DNA of 41,083 bases from Candidatus Moraniibacteriota bacterium (GTDB taxonomy: Bacteria; Patescibacteriota; Minisyncoccia; Moranbacterales; UBA9337): contig JAVEXR010000005.1 in NCBI GenBank assembly GCA_034003925.1, forward strand, positions 1 through 41,083, read 5' to 3'. Below the pieces are notes generated by a model. It was given only the letters and a program-made list of their open reading frames with translations. It searched no databases and was not told where the DNA came from. Of this stretch, positions 1 through 9,097 are shown piece by piece. The translations under genes were made by a program, and so were the position numbers. The first letter of the stretch is position 1, and every line of letters begins with the position of its first letter.

Positions 1-114
1 AAAAATTTATCAGTATTAATCGAACCGATTTTGATTGTAGGACTGGGAATTGGTGTAGCTATATTAGCGTTCTCTATACTGTTGCCAATTTACAGCGTGA
101 TTCAACAATTCTAA
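1..114 (+). CDS. pilC: Type IV pilus / T2SS platform protein PilC (GspF family), C-terminal fragment running in from the window edge
   Basis: Frame 1 is open from base 1 to TAA at 112-114. The translation KNLSVLIEPILIVGLGIGVAILAFSILLPIYSVIQQF resembles the last TM helix and C-terminus of GspF/PilC proteins. It lies directly upstream of the pilin genes. Confidence 0.6.
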   Translation, partial: KNLSVLIEPILIVGLGIGVAILAFSILLPIYSVIQQF

Positions 115-198
115 TTTTATAAATTTGCTAAAATTTAATTTGTATTTTTTAGAAATAAAAAATAAAATTTTTACCTAAGTATATTTTCTAAAATAGTA

Positions 199-226
199 TT
201 GTGTTTCGGGTGTAGCGTGGTATAAT
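199..226 (+). promoter_or_regulatory. Candidate sigma70 promoter with extended -10 for the major pilin
   Basis: TTGTGT (199-204), 16-nt spacer, TGgTATAAT (218-226). It lies about 95 nt upstream of the ATG at 326. Confidence 0.5.
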
Positions 227-325
227 AAATCCATTGGTTAAATTAAGACTTCAAAAAATAAAAAATAAAATTAAAATAAAGAATGTTTAAAAATAAAAAC
301 AAAAAAAGAAGGGAGGTGAAATCAA

Positions 326-703
326 ATGAATAAAACAAAAAGAGGTTTCACTTTAATCGAACTTTTAATTGTGATTGCAATTATTGGCATTTTGGCTTCT
401 ATAGTTTTAGTAAGTTTAAGTAGCGCTAGAGAGAAAGCAAAAATAACAGGATTCAAAGCCCAAGCTCATTCACTGCAAGCCGCATCTGTTTTGGCTTGTG
501 ATAGCGAGGCGCTTTCAGATACTGTTCCTGCACAGCCAACAGGTGGCACTATATATGTAGATGGAACAAGAACATTTACTGAGAATAGTTGTGGAGCAAC
601 TGGTAGTGGAAGTTTTTCTTTTACAGTAACTTCTGGAACTACTCTAACTACTGAATGTACTGCAACTATTACGGATGAAGGTGTGACCTACAGCCCTTGT
701 TAG
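326..703 (+). CDS. Type IV pilin (major pilin candidate 1)
   Basis: The N-terminus [31 protein letters not shown] is a prepilin class III signal with the G/FTLIE cleavage and N-methylation motif. A strong SD, GGGAGGTGA, sits at 311-319. The C-terminal domain has 4 Cys. Confidence 0.93.
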   Translation: MNKTKRGFTLIELLIVIAIIGILASIVLVSLSSAREKAKITGFKAQAHSLQAASVLACDSEALSDTVPAQPTGGTIYVDGTRTFTENSCGATGSGSFSFTVTSGTTLTTECTATITDEGVTYSPC

Positions 704-733
704 AGACGGAGTGCTTTAAATGTTGAATTTTTG

Positions 734-770
734 GTCTGTCAAATTTTGATAAAAACATTTTTTGACAGAC
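734..770 (+). promoter_or_regulatory. Intergenic stem-loop between the two pilin genes; possible partial terminator or processing site
   Basis: GTCTGTCAAA (734-743) pairs perfectly with TTTGACAGAC (761-770) around a 17-nt loop. No U-tract follows. The right arm contains TTGACA (762-767). Confidence 0.4.
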
Positions 771-793
771 TAATAAATTTAATATTATAAAAA

Positions 794-1201
794 ATGAAAA
801 AAGGCTTTACTTTAATTGAACTTTTAATTGTGATTGCAATTATTGGCATTTTGGCTTCTATAGTTTTAGTAAGTTTAAGCAGCGCTAGATTGAAGGCCAA
901 AAATGCTGATTTTAAAAAATTAGCTGCTTCAATAAATTCCGCTGTTATGATGTGTTGTTTTGATGAAGGGGTGATTCAGAGTTCCCCGGGGGGCGCTGTG
1001 TGTAGTTTGACAGCTATAGACTCAATCTATCCAGACGCTTCTAAAATTGGAAGTATTACCGTTAATTCTCCAGCTGGAGGTGACTGTTTTGGTGCAGATA
1101 ATATTTATGAGGTAATTGTAACGCCTGGAACAAGTAATCTTGGCACTTGCACTAGCGCGACTTTAAATCAAGATGGAGTAGTTGGTTTCACTGACTGTTA
1201 A
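794..1201 (+). CDS. Type IV pilin (major pilin candidate 2, paralog of 326..703)
   Basis: The N-terminus [32 protein letters not shown] matches the upstream pilin. The 5' region is nearly nucleotide-identical to it. The C-terminal domain is divergent and has 6 Cys. Confidence 0.93.
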   Translation: MKKGFTLIELLIVIAIIGILASIVLVSLSSARLKAKNADFKKLAASINSAVMMCCFDEGVIQSSPGGAVCSLTAIDSIYPDASKIGSITVNSPAGGDCFGADNIYEVIVTPGTSNLGTCTSATLNQDGVVGFTDC

Positions 1202-1212
1202 TTTTTTTAATT

Positions 1213-2010
1213 ATGATATTGATTATTTTTTTTATTTTAGGCTTAATTATTGGCAGTTTTCTTAATGTGATTGTTTATCGCTTGAGACTAATGGACACTA
1301 TCTTAGGGAGATCTCGCTGTCAACATTGCGCTAGTCAGATTCGCTGGTATGATAACATTCCCTTGTTTAGCTTTATTTTATTAAAAGCTAAATGTCGCGA
1401 TTGTAAAGGTAGGATATCTTGGCAGTATCCAGTGGTGGAGTTTTTTACAGGACTATTCTTCGCTCTAATCGGTAGATATTTTTTTAACTTTTTGGATGTG
1501 GCTAGTTTATGGGAAACTGGCTTCTATCTGATTATTTTTTCTCTTTTTATTGTTCTTTTGGCTTATGATTGGCAATATATGGAAGTGCCAATTTTAATTT
1601 TTTGGGTTATTTTGGGAGTAATATGTCTAAATTTTGCTTTCAATGGTTTATCTGAAATAAGGATGGGATTGGATTTTAAATCCTTGAGTTTGTATTATAA
1701 TTTATTGGGCGGATTTGTATCTTGGCTCTTCTTTTTTAGTTTAGTTTTTCTTTCTAAGGAAAAATGGATGGGTTGGGGAGATGTTTATGTAGGGCTTTTG
1801 GTGGGACTTGTTTTAGGTTGGCCCAATATTTTATTGGGATTATTATTGTCTTTTACTATCGGAGCGTTTTATTCGATAATTATAATCATGCAAAAAAAGG
1901 GGACGATGCAAAGCCAGATTCCATTTATTCCATTTCTCGTTCTGGGAACATTCTTATCAATTTTTATTGTCAGAGAATTTCCATCTATTCTGAATTATGT
2001 TATTTTTTAA
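1213..2010 (+). CDS. pilD: Prepilin peptidase / N-methyltransferase (peptidase A24, PilD family)
   Basis: A multi-TM protein with the N-terminal CxxC...CxxC region (CQHCASQIRWYDNIPLFSFILLKAKCRDCKGRISWQYPVVE) typical of A24 peptidases, plus a GWGDV motif. It is adjacent to the pilin genes. Confidence 0.9.
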   Translation: MILIIFFILGLIIGSFLNVIVYRLRLMDTILGRSRCQHCASQIRWYDNIPLFSFILLKAKCRDCKGRISWQYPVVEFFTGLFFALIGRYFFNFLDVASLWETGFYLIIFSLFIVLLAYDWQYMEVPILIFWVILGVICLNFAFNGLSEIRMGLDFKSLSLYYNLLGGFVSWLFFFSLVFLSKEKWMGWGDVYVGLLVGLVLGWPNILLGLLLSFTIGAFYSIIIIMQKKGTMQSQIPFIPFLVLGTFLSIFIVREFPSILNYVIF

Positions 2011-2036
2011 TAAAAAAATAGTAAAGAAACAATTTC

Positions 2037-2511
2037 CAAGAAACAAGGATACAGACAAATTTCAAATTAAAAATATGTCAGATATTAAAAAGCAATATGA
2101 TTTAGAAGACAGGACTACAGAGTTTGCAAAAAGAGTAATAAGATTATGCTATGCCTTACCTAAAAATTCAATGAATAATCGATTAGTTGGACAAATAGTA
2201 GGCTCGGCTGGTTCAGTGGGCGCAAATTATCGCGAAGCCAATGATTCCTTGGGTAAAAAGGATTTTATCCACAGATTGAAAATATCAAGAAAAGAAACCA
2301 AAGAAACAATTCATTGGTTGGAACTAATTGGGGAAGCTAATAGAGAGTTGGAATCACGAATGGATGATATAAAGAAAGAAGCTATTGAATTGAGAAATAT
2401 TTTGTCGTCTATAATTATGAAAGCTGAAAATAAAAACAATAAATAGGAGGTAGCAGATGAATAGTTGCTTGAAACTTGTGGATTGAAATTTGTCTGTATC
2501 CTTGTTTCTTG
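2037..2511. mobile_element. 475-bp cassette bounded by perfect 29-bp inverted repeats, carrying the four-helix-bundle gene
   Basis: CAAGAAACAAGGATACAGACAAATTTCAA (2037-2065) is the exact reverse complement of 2483-2511. The cassette sits between pilD and the next pilin-like gene. Confidence 0.55.
2075..2446 (+). CDS. Four-helix-bundle protein (TIGR02436 family, also called 23S rRNA intervening-sequence protein)
   Basis: The translation from the ATG at 2075, MSDIKKQYDLEDRTTEFAKRVIRL...GSAGSVGANYREANDSLGKKDFIHRLKISRKETKETIHWLELI, carries the hallmark motifs of this family. The upstream part of ORF 1997.. reads through the left inverted repeat and is probably not coding. Confidence 0.85.
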   Translation: MSDIKKQYDLEDRTTEFAKRVIRLCYALPKNSMNNRLVGQIVGSAGSVGANYREANDSLGKKDFIHRLKISRKETKETIHWLELIGEANRELESRMDDIKKEAIELRNILSSIIMKAENKNNK

Positions 2512-2553
2512 TGTCCTTGTGATTTATTATTCTTTCCCAGAAATGAAATTATG

Positions 2554-2562
2554 TGTTATAAT
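2554..2562 (+). promoter_or_regulatory. Candidate extended -10 element for the downstream pilin-like genes
   Basis: TGtTATAAT lies just after the right inverted repeat of the cassette, 40 nt upstream of the ATG at 2602. No good -35 box is present. Confidence 0.35.
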
Positions 2563-2601
2563 GATTTTATTGGAAATGTCTTTGCAAAAATAAAAATAAA
2601 T

Positions 2602-3084
2602 ATGTTTAAGATAAAAAATAAAAAAGGAATGACTTTGATAGAGGTGGTGGTACTGATTGCCATTATTGGGATAATAAGTGCAATTTCCATAGTGTCATTA
2701 ACTACTTCTAAAAGGACCTCAGAGCTGGATGTAGCTGCGGAAGAGGTATCAGCAGTTTTAAGGGAGGCTCAAAATTATGCTTTGACTGGAAAAGATATTT
2801 CAGCTAGTTGTGGAAATTACGTGGTGGATTTTACCAATGGAACAGGAAATTATAGGTTGCACAATGGTGGAGGAACATGTTTATTAAATCGTCTCTATAC
2901 ATTGAAAAATGGGGTGATTGTTTCTGGTTCTACTGATACTATATTTATAGCCCCGCATGCTAATATTTCTGGTATGGGGGCAGGTTGGAGGGTAATAACT
3001 TTAACTAAAGGTGGTGGGTCTAGCTATGTGTGCATTAATTCAGCCGGTCTTATTAAAAAGTCTTCAAGTGCTACTTGTAATTAA
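2602..3084 (+). CDS. Pilin-like / pseudopilin protein with prepilin-type N-terminus
   Basis: From the ATG at 2602 the protein starts MFKIKNKKGMTLIEVVVLIAIIGIISAISIVSL, a G/MTLIE class III signal. The longer ORF from 2476 would read through the right inverted repeat. Confidence 0.85.
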   Translation: MFKIKNKKGMTLIEVVVLIAIIGIISAISIVSLTTSKRTSELDVAAEEVSAVLREAQNYALTGKDISASCGNYVVDFTNGTGNYRLHNGGGTCLLNRLYTLKNGVIVSGSTDTIFIAPHANISGMGAGWRVITLTKGGGSSYVCINSAGLIKKSSSATCN

Positions 3085-3097
3085 TTTTTAAAGAAAA

Positions 3098-3697
3098 ATG
3101 TTTAAGTTAAGAAATAAAAATAAAAAAGGTTTTTCTATAGGAGAAGTAATACTTTCAACTTTTGTATTAGGAGTTACGATGGTTTCAGTTTTATCGCTCT
3201 ATAATCAGGGATTGAAAAGCTTTCAGGATGAAAGAGACAGCATTATCGCTTCAATGCTTGCCCAAGAGGGGGTGGAGTTGGCTAGGAATGTGAGGGATAA
3301 TAACTGGGCAAGGAGATCTGGTGTTGATGACACTGATCCTGCTACTTTCGCGAGTTTTGGTGTTTCTGCCGGGAATACGGAAAATGATTGTCGCATAAGC
3401 TATAATTCATATGTTATGAACGGTGAGGAAATTGATTATGGTTCAGGGATTTTATGTGCTGGCGCTAGTTATGCTCTGTATGTTAATGCTGCTGGGTTTT
3501 ATACTCATAATAGCACAGGGGCTACTGCTACAAAATTTAGGAGAGCAATAACTTTGGACTATAGCAATAGTGATGATATAGTGGTAACTAGTTTTGTTTC
3601 GTGGGATAATGGTAATCCTGATACCTCTAACTGTACAACGGCAAACAAATGTGTTTTTTCTCAATCAACTTTGACTAATTGGGGGACGGGAACATAG
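3098..3697 (+). CDS. Minor pilin-like protein (prepilin-type N-terminus)
   Basis: MFKLRNKNKKGFSIGEVILSTFVLGVTMVSVLSL has a G/FSxxE motif followed by a hydrophobic helix. The gene lies in the pilin cluster. Confidence 0.8.
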   Translation: MFKLRNKNKKGFSIGEVILSTFVLGVTMVSVLSLYNQGLKSFQDERDSIIASMLAQEGVELARNVRDNNWARRSGVDDTDPATFASFGVSAGNTENDCRISYNSYVMNGEEIDYGSGILCAGASYALYVNAAGFYTHNSTGATATKFRRAITLDYSNSDDIVVTSFVSWDNGNPDTSNCTTANKCVFSQSTLTNWGTGT

Positions 3698-3742
3698 TTG
3701 TAATTGATAAATTTAAATTTTAAATAAATTCAATAAGCTGAA

Positions 3743-4351
3743 ATGGCAATAAATAATAAAAAAATAAATAATAAAAAAGGATTTACGCTAGTGGAAGTAG
3801 TGGTGGCTATAGGTATGTTTGTCATAATCATAGCTGCTTCTTCGGGTATTTTTGCGAGGTTGTTTAAGTCTTACAGGGGCGCTAAGAATGTCAATGAAAA
3901 TATGAAAAATGCTCAATTTGCGCTTAATTTAATGAGCAAGACATTTAGAACCAGCTCTGTAAAATACTACATAGCAGGAGGGGGTAACATTATCGTTGTG
4001 TATGATTATTCACAGTCAAGTTGTATTAGATATGTTTTTAATGGCACCGCTCTGACAAAAGCTAATACTACTATTGCTGTTACAGAGTCTAATTGTCATA
4101 ATGGAGCCTCCTTTGTATCGCCAGCAATAGTTATGACATCTGGCGCAGTAACAGGGTCTTTTTATGCTAGGGATAGTAGGGGAAATGATAGTAATAATTC
4201 AAGTACTAGAGTTGGCTTAGTAACAGTTAATATGAGAATAACTAGTGGCGGTGCTGTAGACACTGGCAGTAGTGCTAGGATTCAAAGTACCTCATCTCTT
4301 CGAGATTACACTGTTTCAAATGTTGGTATAGATCCAAATAATGCTCCATAA
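3743..4351 (+). CDS. Minor pilin-like protein (prepilin-type N-terminus)
   Basis: The N-terminus is NNKKGFTLVEVVVAIGMFVIIIAASSGIF. The gene lies in the pilin cluster. Confidence 0.85.
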   Translation: MAINNKKINNKKGFTLVEVVVAIGMFVIIIAASSGIFARLFKSYRGAKNVNENMKNAQFALNLMSKTFRTSSVKYYIAGGGNIIVVYDYSQSSCIRYVFNGTALTKANTTIAVTESNCHNGASFVSPAIVMTSGAVTGSFYARDSRGNDSNNSSTRVGLVTVNMRITSGGAVDTGSSARIQSTSSLRDYTVSNVGIDPNNAP

Positions 4352-4865
4352 ATTTATGAAAAAAAATAAGAAAAAATTATCAATAAGACGAGGGTCAGTT
4401 TTAGTGTTTTCTCTTTTTTTGATGATGATATCGCTGATTGTAGGTATAGGCTTGATGTCAACTTCAAATATCGGGAGAAAGAGTACTTTGTCATCGGCAA
4501 AATCAGTTAATTCTTTTCAGGTAGCCGATAGTGGAATAGAATATGCTTTCACTAAGATAAGAGATTATAGATGGAATGAAACTACTGATACTAATCATGA
4601 GCTTGAAGCTGCTGATTTATTGAGCCATGTTTTTGGTTCAGATTGCCAAGTTGAGAATAGTCTTGCGGTGGTAAATGGTACTGTTGATGGCGGAGGAGAT
4701 TTTAAAATTTATTTTTTTAGAGGAGCGGGAGGGGTAACTCCGATAACAACTTGTAATACATTGGTTTCTTCTAGTGTGGAATTGGTGACAAAAATCAAAT
4801 CTGTCGGAACCTACAACGAAATAACTCGATCAGTTGAAGCAACAGTTGATTTGTCTAAGCTTTGA
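4341..4865 (+). CDS. PilX-like pilus-associated membrane-anchored protein
   Basis: The basic N-terminus plus helix RRGSVLVFSLFLMMISLIVGIGLMS lacks the conserved Glu5, as in PilX-type proteins. An alternative start is at 4356. This is the last gene of the cluster before a terminator. Confidence 0.65.
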   Translation: MLHKFMKKNKKKLSIRRGSVLVFSLFLMMISLIVGIGLMSTSNIGRKSTLSSAKSVNSFQVADSGIEYAFTKIRDYRWNETTDTNHELEAADLLSHVFGSDCQVENSLAVVNGTVDGGGDFKIYFFRGAGGVTPITTCNTLVSSSVELVTKIKSVGTYNEITRSVEATVDLSKL

Positions 4866-4894
4866 TTTTAAGTACTTAAAGATTTAGCACCAAG

Positions 4895-4921
4895 CCCTTT
4901 TTATCCGTAAAAAGGGTTTTT
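4895..4921 (+). terminator. Rho-independent terminator of pilus cluster 1
   Basis: CCCTTTTTA-TCCG-TAAAAAGGG followed by TTTTT. Confidence 0.75.
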
Positions 4922-5005
4922 AAATTCAATCTTTCATATTTGCTATATTAAGAGGTTGATATGTTGATATACTAACCTCTTGCAATTAACTGGTGGATGG
5001 CAAAG

Positions 5006-5035
5006 CTGACAGTTTAGTATGATTTGTGATATAAT
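5006..5035 (+). promoter_or_regulatory. Candidate promoter for ligA (extended -10)
   Basis: CTGACA (5006-5011), 18-nt spacer, TGaTATAAT (5027-5035). The -10 box ends 7 nt before the ATG at 5043. Confidence 0.45.
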
Positions 5036-5039
5036 TTAA

Positions 5040-7154
<2,115 letters not shown>

Positions 7155-7200
7155 TACAGCTTATTATTTAATGAAGCAAGGAGCTAATAAAATAATTTTT

Positions 7201-7316
7201 TAAGAAACAAATCACAAGAAACAATTTCCAAACAAATTCAAAATAACAAGTAGAAGGCATGCCCGTTAGTTGTTTGAAAATTCTAATTTGAGATTTGTCC
7301 GTGTCTTGTTTCTTAG
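7201..7316. repeat. Gene-less imperfect palindrome related to the termini of the 2037..2511 cassette (MITE-like)
   Basis: The outer arms TAAGAAACAA (7201-7210) and TTGTTTCTTA (7306-7315) pair. The 16-mer AAGAAACAATTTCCAA at 7216-7231 is identical to 2024-2039. The right arm 7293-7314 matches about 20 of 23 nt of 2488-2510. Confidence 0.6.
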
Positions 7317-7349
7317 AGTTTGGGGTTTTAAAAAATAAATTTTTTTATT

Positions 7350-7640
7350 ATGTTAAAAAAAGAGGATATTATACACATTGCGGAGTTAGCCAGAATCGGA
7401 TTAAGGGAGGAAGAAATAGAAAAATATCAGAGAGAACTTTCTCTTATTTTAGATTATTTCAAAAAATTAGAAAAAGCTGATACTGAAAATATTGAGCCAA
7501 TAGGACACATTACCGGATCGCATAGTGTTGTCCGAGAAGATGTGGCGAATGATTGCGCAGCAGAAACAAAAAAAGAAATTATAAACAATTTTCCCGATAA
7601 ACAAAATAATCAAGCTAAAGTAAAAAGTATTTTGGTATAA
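7350..7640 (+). CDS. gatC: Asp/Glu-tRNA amidotransferase subunit C
   Basis: 96 aa starting MLKKEDIIHIAELARIGLREEEIEKYQRELSLILDYFKKL, typical of GatC. It lies immediately upstream of gatA. Confidence 0.93.
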   Translation: MLKKEDIIHIAELARIGLREEEIEKYQRELSLILDYFKKLEKADTENIEPIGHITGSHSVVREDVANDCAAETKKEIINNFPDKQNNQAKVKSILV

Positions 7641-7643
7641 CTT

Positions 7644-9086
7644 ATGATAAGAGAACTACACGAAAATCTAAAAAATGGAAAAATTACTTCCTTGGAATTA
7701 ACTCAAAATTATTTTAGTGAAATTGAAAAAAAAGATAAAGATATCTTAGCTTATTTGACTTTAGATAAAGAAATTGCCCTAGCTACTGCTCAAGAGATGG
7801 ATGAAAAAATCAAAAAAGGAGAAGAGTTTGATTTGTTGGGCGGTATCCCAATGGCAATAAAAGATAATATGTGTGTGGCGGGAGGAAGGACAACAGCAGC
7901 TTCAAAAATATTAGATAACTATATTGCACCTTTTGATGCGACAGTGGTGAAAAAACTTAAAAAACAAGGAGCTATCATATTGGGTAAAACCAATATGGAT
8001 GAGTTTGCGATGGGGGCATCAACTGAATCCAGTGCTTATCAAAAAACTAAAAATCCTCATGATTTAAGTCGGGTACCTGGAGGTTCTTCAGGTGGATCAG
8101 CAGCAGCTGTGGCTGGAGATATGGCTGTTTATACCTTAGGTTCAGATACTGGTGGATCAGTGCGTCAACCTGCTTCATTTTGCGGCGTAGTGGGACTTAA
8201 ACCTACTTATGGGAGAGTTTCTCGTCACGGACTTTTAGCGATGGCCTCTAGTCTTGATCAAATCGGTCCCATAACTAAAACCGTGGAGGATGCAGCTATC
8301 GTCTTGTCGAGGATTGCTGGCAGAGATAAGAAAGATGCTACTTCAGCTAAGAGCGGAGGAAAACTTTACGAGGATTATCTAAGAGGTGATATTAACGGAA
8401 TGAAAATAGGGGTACCTAAGGAATATTTCAATGGTGGCTTAGATTCAGAAATAAAGGATATCGCCATTGGGGCTTTAGAAAAATTTAAAAAGCTAGGGGC
8501 AACATTGGTGGAAATTGATTTACCCTATAGTGAATATGCTTTGCCAGTTTATTATATTATTGTTCCATGCGAAGTTAGTTCTAATATGGCTAGATTTGAT
8601 GGCATCAGATATGGATTAAGTATTGATGATCAAGAAAAATCAAAAATAGGTGGCGGAAATTTACTAGAAACTTATTTAGATACTCGTGAAATCGGATTTG
8701 GAGCTGAAGTAAAAAGAAGAATAATGCTTGGAACTTATGCGCTTAGCGCTGGGTATTATGACGCTTATTATAAGAAAGCTCAAAAAGTAAGAAGACTTTT
8801 ACGACAGGATTTTGAGGAGGCTTTCAAGAGTGTAGATTTAATTTTTTCTCCTACTGCTCCTGAGCCAGCTTTTAAAGTGGGTGAAAAAACTGTTGATCCT
8901 CTTCAGATGTACTTATCTGACATATATACAGTAACAGCTAACTTGGTGGGTGTGCCAGCTATTTCATTTCCTATTGGGACGGTAATACGAGACGGAAAAA
9001 ATTTACCTATTGGTGGACAGTTGATGGGGCGCTGGTTTGGAGAAGAGGAATTATTGAATGCAGCCTATGCTTTTGAGAAAAATTAA
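7644..9086 (+). CDS. gatA: Asp/Glu-tRNA amidotransferase subunit A
   Basis: 480 aa with the amidase signature (GIPMAIKDN..., GGSSGGSAAAVA, GSDTGGSVRQPA). Confidence 0.96.
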   Translation: MIRELHENLKNGKITSLELTQNYFSEIEKKDKDILAYLTLDKEIALATAQEMDEKIKKGEEFDLLGGIPMAIKDNMCVAGGRTTAASKILDNYIAPFDATVVKKLKKQGAIILGKTNMDEFAMGASTESSAYQKTKNPHDLSRVPGGSSGGSAAAVAGDMAVYTLGSDTGGSVRQPASFCGVVGLKPTYGRVSRHGLLAMASSLDQIGPITKTVEDAAIVLSRIAGRDKKDATSAKSGGKLYEDYLRGDINGMKIGVPKEYFNGGLDSEIKDIAIGALEKFKKLGATLVEIDLPYSEYALPVYYIIVPCEVSSNMARFDGIRYGLSIDDQEKSKIGGGNLLETYLDTREIGFGAEVKRRIMLGTYALSAGYYDAYYKKAQKVRRLLRQDFEEAFKSVDLIFSPTAPEPAFKVGEKTVDPLQMYLSDIYTVTANLVGVPAISFPIGTVIRDGKNLPIGGQLMGRWFGEEELLNAAYAFEKN

Positions 9087-9097
9087 AATATAAGTTT

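Noticed and set aside
1764-2021. An 85-aa ORF overlapping pilD in another frame.
   Set aside because: It lies wholly inside the well-supported prepilin peptidase gene and has no independent signals.
1997-2074. An N-terminal extension of the four-helix-bundle ORF, and likewise 2476-2601 for the next pilin-like gene.
   Set aside because: - Both extensions are translations of the 29-bp inverted repeats and their flanks.
- The family-typical N-termini begin at the internal ATGs 2075 and 2602.
3452-3664. Antisense or overlapping ORFs inside well-supported genes. Also 6306-6644, 6761-7006, 11466-11648, 13702-13911, 14538-14909, 15020-15202, 17169-17646, 18635-18850, 21029-21525, 22585-22893, 23521-23923, 25026-25214, 25573-25929, 26641-26874, 28161-28427, 33051-33266, 34278-34577, 35340-35546, 37276-37566 and 38923-39156.
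   Set aside because: - Each lies within a longer ORF on the other strand or frame whose product has recognisable motifs or cluster context.
- Their sequences are low-complexity, as expected from AT-rich antisense translation.
7295-7480. A 61-aa ORF starting in the palindromic element and overlapping gatC.
   Set aside because: It overlaps the gatC start in another frame and begins inside the repeat. gatC is the convincing gene here.
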